Position numbers and translations under genes: made by a program. Below, piece after piece: positions 9,768 to 19,751 of a DNA stretch of 64,000 bases. The notes under the pieces were generated by a model. It was not told the origin of the DNA. It saw only the letters and a list, made by a program, of their open reading frames with translations, and ran no database searches. Source of the stretch: Promethearchaeota archaeon (GTDB taxonomy: Archaea > Asgardarchaeota > Lokiarchaeia > Sigyniarchaeales > SOKP01); contig JBHLLU010000007.1 in assembly GCA_048938895.1 (NCBI GenBank), positions 1 through 64,000 on the forward strand, read 5' to 3'. Every line of letters starts with the position of its first letter. The stretch's first letter is position 1.

Positions 9768-10367
9768 TCATTCATCTTCATCCATTTCGTCTTCTTCACT
9801 TTCCTTTAGTGGTTCTTTCGAAAATTCTTCTTCAAGATCATTTGCTATCCAATCTTCTTTCCCAAGGAATTTTTGTCTCATAGTTAAACCCAATTTTCCA
9901 CTTCTTCCAGTACCTAATGATACGGCAATTATTTTTGCTCTTACTTGATCATTTACCTCAAGAATTTTTCCAGTTTCTTTACCTATGAATCGATTCCCAA
10001 CTTGTTCATAAGAGATATAATCATCACAAATTTGAGACACATGAACTAATCCATCCAATGGTCCTAGTCTTATGAAAGAACCAAAATCAACTATTTCTAC
10101 TACAGTTCCTTCGACAACTTCTGAAATTGTTGGTTTAAACGTAAGGATTGTAAATTCCACTTCATGAAATGTGTTTGCATTCCCTGGAATGATGATACCC
10201 TTCCCAACCTCTAGTACATCGACAACAGCAATGATAAAGCCATAATCACGCGTGATAATACCCTCGTAATCTTCGCTTAAGATTATTCTGGCGCTTATAG
10301 TTTTTTCTTGACCAAAAAGAAATGGAGGTATTTCGATTTTCCCTTCAATAGTAAAAAGTTTGAACAT
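9768..10367 (-). CDS. rpoE1: RNA polymerase subunit E' (Rpo7)
   Basis: IPP..FG, GSFIRLGPLDGLVHVSQI S1 domain, KLGLTMRQKFLGK. Confidence 0.96.
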   Translation of the reverse strand: MFKLFTIEGKIEIPPFLFGQEKTISARIILSEDYEGIITRDYGFIIAVVDVLEVGKGIIIPGNANTFHEVEFTILTFKPTISEVVEGTVVEIVDFGSFIRLGPLDGLVHVSQICDDYISYEQVGNRFIGKETGKILEVNDQVRAKIIAVSLGTGRSGKLGLTMRQKFLGKEDWIANDLEEEFSKEPLKESEEDEMDEDE

Positions 10368-10548
10368 TTGAATATACCCATCAAGTAAATGAAGCTTAAT
10401 GATGTCTAGTAATTTATAGAATTTGTTAAAAAATTAATAGTTTATGGTTTTCTAATTCTAAACTTTAGAAGATAGACTTATTAAAGCTACATTTCTTTAT
10501 TTTTAATATTGCTTTTTGTTTGATTGAAAAGAGTAAGGAGATGGAAGC

Positions 10549-11352
10549 TTGTCTGGTTATATTGGTAAGAAAATACGATTAGAAAGAATCATTAATAGAG
10601 AAACTAAGAAAACCATTATAATTCCAATGGATCATGGACTAACTGTAGGCCCTATCAAAGGAATAGAAAAAGATTTAGGAGAAATTGTAAATAAAGTAGC
10701 GAAGGGGGGTGCTAATGCAGTGATAGGACATGTCGGTATTCCCTTGTATGCACACCGAGGATATGGTCCCGATATTGGACTAATATTACATCTCTCAGGT
10801 TCCACTTCATTAAGCCCTGATTCAAACTACAAAGTTTTGGTAAACACAGTGTTAGAAGCAGTCAAATTTGGAGCAGATGGAGTTTCAATTCACATAAATA
10901 TAGGGACTAAATCAGACCCGGAGATGCTAGAGATTTTAGGAAGTGTATCAAGAGAATGTAGAGATCTTGGAATGCCCCTTATTGCTATGATGTATCCTAG
11001 GGGTGAAAATATAGAAAATGAGCAAGATGTAGAAGTAGTAAAAATTGCGGCTAGAGTTGCCGCTGAATTAGGTGCGGATATCGTAAAAACAAATTGGACA
11101 GGAGATCCTAATTCTTTTAAAGAAGTTGTAGATGGTTGTATGGCACCTGTTATAATTGCGGGGGGTGAAAGAGTGGGGATAAAAGAAGTATTAGAAATCA
11201 CTAAGCAATCAATTGATGTGGGGGGTTCAGGTGTTGCTTTTGGTAGAAATGTGTTTCAAGCAGAAGATCCAACAAAATTTGTTAGAGCTCTTTATTTAAT
11301 TGTACATAAAGATTATGAAGTTAATGAAGCCATGAAGGAAGCAGGTCTTTAA
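10549..11352 (+). CDS. DhnA-type class I aldolase (ADH synthase AroA'/fructose-bisphosphate aldolase family)
   Basis: PMDHG, GADGVS, AMMYPRG, ELGADIVKT (Schiff-base Lys), IAGG and GRNVFQ motifs. Confidence 0.9.
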   Translation: MSGYIGKKIRLERIINRETKKTIIIPMDHGLTVGPIKGIEKDLGEIVNKVAKGGANAVIGHVGIPLYAHRGYGPDIGLILHLSGSTSLSPDSNYKVLVNTVLEAVKFGADGVSIHINIGTKSDPEMLEILGSVSRECRDLGMPLIAMMYPRGENIENEQDVEVVKIAARVAAELGADIVKTNWTGDPNSFKEVVDGCMAPVIIAGGERVGIKEVLEITKQSIDVGGSGVAFGRNVFQAEDPTKFVRALYLIVHKDYEVNEAMKEAGL

Positions 11353-11364
11353 ATTTTTAAAAGG

Positions 11365-11673
11365 TTAATTTCTTGTTAACGATAATCTGATAGGTCTGAA
11401 ATCTGCGATCATTTGTATACCCGCTTTAACTGAAGGATCATTTTCAAGTAGTTGTTTAGCTTCTTCTTCTGTTTTAGTTTCTAGAATTATCAAGCCAAAT
11501 GGATCATCAACGATTAATGTAGGACCGGCTAAAAATAACTTTTTTTGGTTTAGTAACTCTTGTAGATAATAAAAATGATTCTGCATTATATTTTCTTCTT
11601 CCTCCCTTGGATTTGTAATGAAATCCTGCCGATATGGTTTAATAACTGCATAAAAATGTTGCTTATTATTCAT
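11365..11673 (-). CDS. YciI family protein
   Basis: H..YL..L.....L.LAGP ... EEA..L...DP.V pattern. Confidence 0.85.
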   Translation of the reverse strand: MNNKQHFYAVIKPYRQDFITNPREEEENIMQNHFYYLQELLNQKKLFLAGPTLIVDDPFGLIILETKTEEEAKQLLENDPSVKAGIQMIADFRPIRLSLTRN

Positions 11674-11718
11674 ACTTAGTATTTATATTACTTTGTTTTA
11701 ATTTTAAATTATTATTCT

Positions 11719-12975
11719 CTATTGAGTATCTACGTGTTTTAGATATTCTATACAGATCTCAACAAATTGGCCTAATGCTTCTTTCTCTATATTTTCAGGA
11801 GTGTCTAGGCGTGTATGATAATATGGAGGGAGTTCATTTTTTAAATCTAGCCCTCCCATAGAGGCAGCAGCAATTCCCTTTTTGCTAAATGCAGCACCAT
11901 CTGTTGCACCAAAAGGTAAAGGAGCTATGGTTGGATTAGAATTTAACTTTTTTGCTATTTCAAATAGTGGTCGTACTACATCAGCATCATGCGTTGCGCC
12001 AATTCCTGGTTCTCTATCGAGTATAAAAACCGCATCCTTTTTTGCTATACCATCCATGTTTACAACTAAAGTTTTCTCCTCTTTTAGTTGATTATAGTGA
12101 GCACTGATATACCTTTTCGCACCCCTTAGGCCTGCTTCCTCTCCTGCAAATGAAATCAGATATATTTTTGTATGTTTGGGATAAATTTCTGGATTAATCT
12201 TATTCTCTGATAAAGCTTTGGCTATTCCTAAGACAGTAGCTACACCGGATAAATTGTCAAAAGCTCCTGGGACTGGATGATAAGTATGAAATAAAACATA
12301 AACTAGAATAATTGGTATAAATGCAATGAATAGAAATCCAAATGAGAAAAACAAAATAACAAGATTAATAGATAATATTTGAAGAATTATTTTTAGTAGG
12401 ATTACAATAAAAACAATTCCCACTCCAATATAGCCCACATTTATTATTATTACCCCAAATTTTTTCAAATAATAGAATGTATTAAATTCGAAGGCAGAAT
12501 CATGATGTGCTGAAAAAATTATACTATGCTTAATTTCGCCCAAAGGATTAATAGTGCCAATAATATTATTTGATTTTCTTTTAGGAAAAAGAAAATCATA
12601 GGTTTCATGATATTTCATTGTCTCTAAAATAAGATAACTGATGCTAAGTAAAATAAGGATTACAGCAATAACGAGAAAAATAGGGTTATAAATTGTATTA
12701 ATTCGTAATAATTCAAGATCAATCAATACTGAGAGCCAATATAAAACTATAGAAATGAAAACAAGTAAAACACTATATCTGATACCACCTAAAAACGCGT
12801 GTGGACTGCTAATATATTCTTCCTGATGAACCTCGTCACAGAATTTATTTAATTCCTCTTCAATAAGATTCCCTGCAAGTCTCTCTTGCTCAGTACCAGA
12901 TTCTCTTGGACCAACTTCCTCACAAATCTTTTCTATGAATTCATACATATAGTCATTTAAGTTTGAATCAATCAT
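11719..12975 (-). CDS. M28 family metallopeptidase with inserted TM segments
   Basis: GPRESGT, AHHDS, GAFDNLSG, GEEAGLRG, NMD, TD and YYHT..D motifs. Confidence 0.88.
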   Translation of the reverse strand: MIDSNLNDYMYEFIEKICEEVGPRESGTEQERLAGNLIEEELNKFCDEVHQEEYISSPHAFLGGIRYSVLLVFISIVLYWLSVLIDLELLRINTIYNPIFLVIAVILILLSISYLILETMKYHETYDFLFPKRKSNNIIGTINPLGEIKHSIIFSAHHDSAFEFNTFYYLKKFGVIIINVGYIGVGIVFIVILLKIILQILSINLVILFFSFGFLFIAFIPIILVYVLFHTYHPVPGAFDNLSGVATVLGIAKALSENKINPEIYPKHTKIYLISFAGEEAGLRGAKRYISAHYNQLKEEKTLVVNMDGIAKKDAVFILDREPGIGATHDADVVRPLFEIAKKLNSNPTIAPLPFGATDGAAFSKKGIAAASMGGLDLKNELPPYYHTRLDTPENIEKEALGQFVEICIEYLKHVDTQ

Positions 12976-13172
12976 TTGTTTTAAATAAGTTTGTATCTAT
13001 TTAAATTAACTTTATAAAATCATTAAAAAAAATAAAGTTCTCTGTTCTTTATTTAGTTAAATTGCTTACTAAAGTTTCTAATAGAAATGAGATAATAAGG
13101 AAAAGTAAGAAATGAAGTCTTAATATTATACAAAATTAAATTAATTTAACATTACAGAGGAAAAAAAGCTAC

Positions 13173-13553
13173 TTAGATTAATCTTGCTATTTTTTCGGTT
13201 GTGCGTTTGCAATCTAAAAATATTAATCCAAGTCGTACATCTTTCGTTGTAGATACCGTTAATACCGCATTAGGGCCTGCTTGAAGCACTAGGAGATAGC
13301 CCTCGTTTCCTCTGACATATAACTGTTCGAATTCTCCTTTTTCCATCTCGATAACCGACCTTTCGGCTAAGGAGAGCAACGCGGCAGTCATTGCGGCAAT
13401 CCGAGTTTCATCGATACCTTGTGGAAGTGCCGATGCAATTGGAAGCCCCTCAGCCGAAACTATAGCAGCAGCCTTCACTTCAGGGATTGCATTGAGGAGT
13501 TTCTTCAAAATATCATCTAATGTCTCTGTAGTTGGTTCTCCCATGGCGTTCAT
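13173..13553 (-). CDS. Roadblock/LC7 (MglB/LAMTOR-like) domain protein
   Basis: AAAIVSAEGLPIASALP..IDETRIAAMTAALLSLAER...G......V.G..GY....AG..AVL is a canonical roadblock. Confidence 0.93.
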   Translation of the reverse strand: MNAMGEPTTETLDDILKKLLNAIPEVKAAAIVSAEGLPIASALPQGIDETRIAAMTAALLSLAERSVIEMEKGEFEQLYVRGNEGYLLVLQAGPNAVLTVSTTKDVRLGLIFLDCKRTTEKIARLI

Positions 13554-13895
13554 AGTCCCTTACGTTTTTATTGACTAAGGTTAATTATTATACCTAAATT
13601 AAGTTATAATACCTATTAATGATAATATTATAATCAAAGTATTTTAATTTAATTTTTTGTATTATTTTCTTTTTATTAAATTATATTATTATTTGTTTAT
13701 TAATTTAGGTTTGAATTTTTTGAGTGGTAATGATTTAGAAGATGATCTACTTTTTAAATTCTTAGAATCTGTAAGTATTTCATTAGGTATATCTAACAAT
13801 TTTTGTTGATTGATTACTAGAAATACTAAATTTTAGAAAAATTACTTATTAAGTTATTAATTATTAATCTAAAAAATTGATTTATCTGATGAATT

Positions 13896-15068
13896 ATGGA
13901 CTATTGGACAGCTGTAGATGCGATTTATAACGTTACATTATCTTTATCATTCTTTACTTTTATGTTTCTTATTTTTTATATAGGAAGAAAGGGATTTAAG
14001 GCGGGTAATAAATATGGAGGTGTTTCTTCCATAATTTGTGGTGTTTGTTTTTTAATTTTTGGATATTATAACTCTATAGTAAGGTTTTATGCTTACCCGT
14101 ATAATGGGTTTATGGTATGGTGGATTGGCATCATTTTACTGGTTAACCTAATTTTTTCCACACTAATTAAAAGAGAAAAAAAGAATATGAGCATGGAAAA
14201 TCAAGATAATAGTTTAAAAGGAGGGAAAAAATCAGCTTTAAGAAGATATGTAGAACGGATGACAAAAGAAAATCCATATAGTGAAGAAATTACATTTAAG
14301 ATGGAATTAATTAGGAAAAGCTTTCATTTAACCGGTTTATTATTGGTATTAGCATATTTTGGATTTTTTAGCTTCCTTTACCCGGTTACATTGATAATAA
14401 ATGATAGTGTAATCGAATTGATACATAATATAAAACCTGCTTACGAACTTATTTGGGGTGATATTTCTCTATATCCATATACTAGTGGTTATACTGGTCT
14501 TACCCCCGGCAGTGTACCCCCTGCTGTGGTTGGATTAACAATGATGGCATTAATTGGAGCATTAATGTTTGCGTTAATTTCTGACTTAATCCGGATTATT
14601 TGGGGGCCAGAATACTCCGTTTTTAATTTTTTAACTAAATCAATGTTAAGAAATAAGGAAAAAAATGCTGCAGGTCCACAAATTTATATTATCACAGGAT
14701 TTATCTTTTCTTATATGCTGTATATGGCAGGGATTCTGCATATTTTAGCCGTATTTTCGGGAATTCTTATTGCATGTCTTTCGGATGCCGCAGCAGCTTT
14801 AATTGGGAGAAGATACGGAAAGCATAAAATTAAGGTGAGAAGCCAAGATACTAAATCTGTGGAAGGATTCTTAGCGGGAGTGATTGTAGCATATTTGATT
14901 GGATTAATTATAATAGGTCCGGTTTATGCGATAATAGGGGCTATAATTTTCTTTATTACAGATTATTTTCCCATATATACTGCTGATAATATTTTAAATC
15001 CGATATTCATACCATTAGGAATTCAGATATTTATAGTTTTATTAGGCTTGCCCGTTGGATGGTTTTAA
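13896..15068 (+). CDS. CTP-dependent polyprenol/diacylglycerol kinase family membrane protein
   Basis: RKSFH, DAAAALIGRRYGKHK, KSVEG and DN motifs; multiple TMs. Confidence 0.82.
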   Translation: MDYWTAVDAIYNVTLSLSFFTFMFLIFYIGRKGFKAGNKYGGVSSIICGVCFLIFGYYNSIVRFYAYPYNGFMVWWIGIILLVNLIFSTLIKREKKNMSMENQDNSLKGGKKSALRRYVERMTKENPYSEEITFKMELIRKSFHLTGLLLVLAYFGFFSFLYPVTLIINDSVIELIHNIKPAYELIWGDISLYPYTSGYTGLTPGSVPPAVVGLTMMALIGALMFALISDLIRIIWGPEYSVFNFLTKSMLRNKEKNAAGPQIYIITGFIFSYMLYMAGILHILAVFSGILIACLSDAAAALIGRRYGKHKIKVRSQDTKSVEGFLAGVIVAYLIGLIIIGPVYAIIGAIIFFITDYFPIYTADNILNPIFIPLGIQIFIVLLGLPVGWF

Positions 15069-15100
15069 AATCAAGAAGATATAATTAACTTGTATGAAAG

Positions 15101-15946
15101 ATGCATAAACTAATAGATGAATTAATTAATATCCAGTTAGCTATTTTTGATCTTGACGGAGTAGTGTATCGTGGAGATTCTTTAATCCCAAATGCGGATG
15201 CAGTTATAAATGAATTAAAAGAACTATCTGTCAAAGTTATATATAATTCGAATAATTCAACAGCAACTAGAAAGACATATGTTGAAAGACTGAAGAAATT
15301 CAACATCAAAAGTACAATAAATGATATCTATACTAGTGCATCTATAACCGCAAGTGAAATTACAAAAATTAAAGAAAATGCTAAGATTTTCGTAATAGGG
15401 GAAACAGGTTTAAGGCAAGAATTACAATCAATGGGACATATCATTGAAACCACCCCTACTGATTGTAAGGATATAGATTTTGTTATTGTTGGGCTTGACA
15501 GGGATTTTACCTATGAAAAACTAGCTATAGCCCAAAAATGTATATTAGAGGGTAAAGCACAGTTTTACGCTACAAATGCAGACTCTACGTTACCTGTTGC
15601 TCAAGGGCTTAAACCGGGAGCAGGAGTAATGGTAAATGCCCTAAAAACATGTACGGATAAAGATCCGATCAGAATTTTTGGAAAACCAGAACCGTTTGGC
15701 ATTGAACTTATTTTAAACGATACCAACACTCCTCCAAAAAAAGCATGTATTTTTGGAGATCGGTTAAATACTGATATTTTAGCAGGAAATCGTGCTAAAG
15801 TTACCACGGTTGCAGTTTTAACAGGCGTCACTACAAGAGATATGATTAAAAGTCTAAAAAGTAGAGGAAAAGAGTCAAAACATTTTGATACTAATATTAT
15901 TCCTAATTTGATTATTGATAAATTAGAAGAGATTTTTAAAAAATAG
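15101..15946 (+). CDS. HAD subfamily IIA (NagD-like) phosphatase
   Basis: FDLDGV, SNNS, ATNAD, PGAG, GKP and GDRLNTDILAG motifs. Confidence 0.92.
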   Translation: MHKLIDELINIQLAIFDLDGVVYRGDSLIPNADAVINELKELSVKVIYNSNNSTATRKTYVERLKKFNIKSTINDIYTSASITASEITKIKENAKIFVIGETGLRQELQSMGHIIETTPTDCKDIDFVIVGLDRDFTYEKLAIAQKCILEGKAQFYATNADSTLPVAQGLKPGAGVMVNALKTCTDKDPIRIFGKPEPFGIELILNDTNTPPKKACIFGDRLNTDILAGNRAKVTTVAVLTGVTTRDMIKSLKSRGKESKHFDTNIIPNLIIDKLEEIFKK

Positions 15947-15948
15947 AT

Positions 15949-16476
15949 TTATCTGGCAGATATTTTAGCTTTACTCATCATTATTCTCCCTATTTCGAGA
16001 AATACTTCTTTGACATTTTGACCATCTTTGGAAGAACATTCTATATAGCCGCATAAATTATTTCTTTTGGCTAATTCAAGTGCTTCATTTCTGGAAACTG
16101 CTCTTTTGTATTCAAGATCGAGTTTACTCCCGACCATAATTATGGGGATTTGATCAAGTGGACCTTTATATCCTTGTTTAACAATATTTAACCAATCTTG
16201 AAAATTGCGAAGACTAGAATATCGGGTTATATCAAACATGAAAATACCACCAGATGCACCCAAAACATAGCTGGGTAATAGGAATCTAAAACGTTCTTCG
16301 CCAGCAAAATCCCAAATCTGTAAACTAATTCGCGTTCCCTGAAGTTCTATCTTTTTTATATGAAAATCCACACCTATCGTGATTTCTTTGCCTCCTTGAA
16401 ACACCCCCGTAAGATAACGGGCTATTAAAGTGGTTTTTCCTACCCCACCATCACCAAATAGACAAACTTTAAACAT
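15949..16476 (-). CDS. Rab-like small GTPase
   Basis: GDGGVGKT, TIGVDF, WDFAGEERF, SKLD and CSSK motifs. Confidence 0.92.
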   Translation of the reverse strand: MFKVCLFGDGGVGKTTLIARYLTGVFQGGKEITIGVDFHIKKIELQGTRISLQIWDFAGEERFRFLLPSYVLGASGGIFMFDITRYSSLRNFQDWLNIVKQGYKGPLDQIPIIMVGSKLDLEYKRAVSRNEALELAKRNNLCGYIECSSKDGQNVKEVFLEIGRIMMSKAKISAR

Positions 16477-16703
16477 TGCATCTTGAAAGGCTTATCTCCT
16501 CCACATTGTATGCATTCTGGTTAATTAAATTTATGTTATAGATGTTTATTGCCTATATTTAGTATATAATGAATAACTTTAATTTATCCTTTGTAAATTT
16601 GATATCAATTATTTTTTTATAATATAATAAATTTAATTTTTAAAAATAATTGTTTTCTGATATTAAATAGTTCTTATAACAATTTTTTGCACAACTCTAA
16701 AGT

Positions 16704-17867
16704 TTGATGAAAATGAGAACAAAAGTCAGTATTGTAGATGTGAATGATTATGATGGAATCTCTAAAGCTTCAATCGGTGCTATAAAATTAATCGAAAATG
16801 ATTTTCACTTTAAGTTTCCTGAAGCCAAAAAGATTCTCCTGAAACCAAATTTATTAACAGCTAAAAAAGAGGCATGTACTCAGCCAGAATTCATTGAAGG
16901 TGTACTATCCTATCTAAAAAATAATGGAGTCTCTATGAATAACGTTTATTTGGGAGACTCTCCAGGACAATCTCAAAAAGTAGGTTCTGATGTAGCGAAA
17001 GAAATTGGTATTTCTGAAATATGTGAATCATTCGGTGTCAATTTAGTAGATTTTGAAAGTGGTCCACCCTTAGTTGAGAGTATTAGTGATGCTCGAAGAC
17101 TTAAAGAAATTCATGTTGCAAAGATAGTGAAGGATTGCGATATTTTGATAAATTTTCCACGTTTAAAATCTCATCTAGAGGCGACAATGACAGGGGCTAT
17201 TAAGAATTATTGGGGAATAATTCCTGGCGGTTTGAAAGCTCATTATCATTTATATGGAAAGACAGTTGAACAATTTGGGGAAGTGCTTGCTGATAACTTT
17301 TCTTGGGTAGTAAAAAATAAACCAAATAGATTAGTTGTTTACGATTTACAAGAGATAATGGAAGGGAACATGGGTCCTGGAGGCGGAAAAATGAAAACAT
17401 GGGATCTTATCCTAGCAGGTACAGATGAAGTGGCTTTAGATTTAGTAGCTCTAGAAATAGGTAAAATAAAAGTTAAAAATGTTCCACATGTCAGAAATGC
17501 AATAGAGCGTAATTTAGGGATTGGAAATTTGGAAAATATAGAAATTGTAGGGATGTCTCTTGATGAAGCTAAACAATGTACTCCGAAATTTAAAGTTCCA
17601 GGAAGTCGTTTTACAAGTTTTATTGGCTACATGACAGGGCATATAGGGTATAAAATCATCAAGAAAATTCCTAAACTGATTAAATCTAGATGTGTACAAT
17701 GTGGCGAATGTGCTCAAAATTGTGCTTCTGAAGCTATAGATTTTGAAATAAATAATTACCCTATTTTTTTGAGAAAGAAATGCATTTCTTGTTTTTGTTG
17801 TGCTGAACTTTGTTCGGAAAATGCTATTAAACCGAAATCAAGAGGTATATCAGGGTTATTTAATTAA
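16704..17867 (+). CDS. DUF362 domain protein with a C-terminal 2x[4Fe-4S] ferredoxin
   Basis: LLKPN, GDSPG, LKSH...MTGAIKN.WG; two CxxCxxCxxxC motifs. Confidence 0.88.
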   Translation: MMKMRTKVSIVDVNDYDGISKASIGAIKLIENDFHFKFPEAKKILLKPNLLTAKKEACTQPEFIEGVLSYLKNNGVSMNNVYLGDSPGQSQKVGSDVAKEIGISEICESFGVNLVDFESGPPLVESISDARRLKEIHVAKIVKDCDILINFPRLKSHLEATMTGAIKNYWGIIPGGLKAHYHLYGKTVEQFGEVLADNFSWVVKNKPNRLVVYDLQEIMEGNMGPGGGKMKTWDLILAGTDEVALDLVALEIGKIKVKNVPHVRNAIERNLGIGNLENIEIVGMSLDEAKQCTPKFKVPGSRFTSFIGYMTGHIGYKIIKKIPKLIKSRCVQCGECAQNCASEAIDFEINNYPIFLRKKCISCFCCAELCSENAIKPKSRGISGLFN

Positions 17868-19270
17868 TTTTTATATCGTTCTTGATATAATTTTGAATAT
17901 TCCTGTAAAAAGTAATAGTATGATAATCTTGCATTGATTATGGAGTTATATTGTATAAATTCATTAGCAGAATGAGCATAACCCCCTATTCCTAAGCCAC
18001 CAGTAAGAAAATTTAAACCCAAAACACTTTTGAACTTACTTAACGGTGCAGCGGCTGCACTGATTGGCCATATATCAGTTTTAATTCCGAGTTTCTCAGC
18101 ACTTCTAATAAGACTTTTTACCAAGGAAGACTCTTTTGGAACTCTTGAAGTCTCATAGCCAATATGTTTAACTAGCTCAATCTTAGCTTGTGAAGTATTG
18201 GTAAATTTTGTAATCTTCTCTTTAATCTCTTTAAATAATGCATTTATAGATACACTATGTGCAAACCTAATATCTATATTGCAGGTTGCTTTATTAGGGA
18301 CATAATTTTTCAATCCTTCTTCTAAGAATCCCGACTTTAAAGTGGAAATATTGAATGTTGGGTTAAATAAATAGTTAGAAAAGTCTAATTTTTGATCATT
18401 CTCACGAGTTTGTATAATTCCTGACTTTTTTTTAATATCTTGAATATCTATTTTATCAAATAGATCGTTAAGAATTATTTCTTCTTCTTTGGTTATTTTA
18501 TAGGGTTCTTTCAACAGATCAATGTGAAAGTTATTATTGGAATAAATTAAGTTTAATAACGAAATTAAATCGGTAGCAGGATTGGGTATCATAGCACTAT
18601 ATGCAGAATGAGGTTCTTTATTATCTGTTGATATATTTAATGAAAAAGATAATATACCTTTGTAACCAAGTTTAATGATTGAATTTCCATTTAAATCTTG
18701 TTTTGTGGAGGGATAAAAAACATCTAAACAGTTTTTAAATATAGTATTATTCTTTTCTATCAATTCTAGTAATGTCGGAGAGCCAATTTCCTCTTCGCCA
18801 TCAAATAAAAGCAATAATGATATAGGTAAATCCTCCCGTTTCTTTAATTCCCTTACTACATCCAGAAAACAGATTAGTGGTGTTTTTGAATTATATGCAC
18901 CTCTTGCTATAATGCAATTACCTAAGACATCAAGAGGAGAGCTAAGAGTATGGATTTCTGCCCCAAAAGGATCAGCTATCCATTCCCCTTCATTATTGAT
19001 AGGTTGGGTATCATACATCATATATATCAATAATTCATCCTCAATTTTACCTTCAATCCTAGCTGTAAACAAAGGGTTAGTTATACCTCGAAATTCTGAA
19101 ATGTCTTTAGCGAATGGACTAATAAAGGATATGATAAAATCTTTTGCCCCTAAAATGCCTCTTTTATTGTGAGTATTACTCGGAATTCTCAAGAAAGGTC
19201 GTAATTCGTTGTCAATGAAGTTATTATTATCTTTTGTAAATATCTCTTCAAGTTTTTCATTTGATTCCAT
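17864..19270 (-). CDS. M20 family peptidase/amidohydrolase with variant metal ligands
   Basis: YMMYDTQP, ARGAYNSK, DGEEEIGS, LGYKG and AHSANE motifs. Confidence 0.85.
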   Translation of the reverse strand: MESNEKLEEIFTKDNNNFIDNELRPFLRIPSNTHNKRGILGAKDFIISFISPFAKDISEFRGITNPLFTARIEGKIEDELLIYMMYDTQPINNEGEWIADPFGAEIHTLSSPLDVLGNCIIARGAYNSKTPLICFLDVVRELKKREDLPISLLLLFDGEEEIGSPTLLELIEKNNTIFKNCLDVFYPSTKQDLNGNSIIKLGYKGILSFSLNISTDNKEPHSAYSAMIPNPATDLISLLNLIYSNNNFHIDLLKEPYKITKEEEIILNDLFDKIDIQDIKKKSGIIQTRENDQKLDFSNYLFNPTFNISTLKSGFLEEGLKNYVPNKATCNIDIRFAHSVSINALFKEIKEKITKFTNTSQAKIELVKHIGYETSRVPKESSLVKSLIRSAEKLGIKTDIWPISAAAAPLSKFKSVLGLNFLTGGLGIGGYAHSANEFIQYNSIINARLSYYYFLQEYSKLYQERYKN

Positions 19271-19337
19271 GTATATTCAATAGTTAAATTAGGTAATTAA
19301 TTAATTTAATTATCAAAAATTTAAGCAATCATTAACA

Positions 19338-19751
19338 ATGAAAGATTTAGATTATAATTCTAAAAATGTTGAGGGAATTGCCCCTATTATAAATGAATTA
19401 AGGTATAAAGGTAATTTAACGGGAGTTTTATATGTGAAAAATAATGGAGAATTAATAGATGAAAGCATTGAAAAGTCTATTGATAGTAAAGCTTTTGCTT
19501 CAATGTGTGCTTCTGTCTTGGAGAGTGCTACAGAAATTAGAGATACTTTGGGGGACCAACAAATTAATAAAATTATTGCAGAATTAGAGAATGAGTCGAT
19601 TATAATAGTCAAAATTGATAAAAACACATTTTTAGTATGTATTTTAAATGTTCAATCAAATATTACTCTTATTTTAGAGGACTTAAGTAATTATATTCAT
19701 AAAATCAAGGATTATAATAATATTATAAATTCTTCATCCAATCAGGATTAA
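19338..19751 (+). CDS. Divergent roadblock/LC7 domain protein
   Basis: GVLYVKNNGELIDESI....DSKAFASMCASVLESA..I...L......IIAEL roadblock pattern. Confidence 0.8.
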   Translation: MKDLDYNSKNVEGIAPIINELRYKGNLTGVLYVKNNGELIDESIEKSIDSKAFASMCASVLESATEIRDTLGDQQINKIIAELENESIIIVKIDKNTFLVCILNVQSNITLILEDLSNYIHKIKDYNNIINSSSNQD

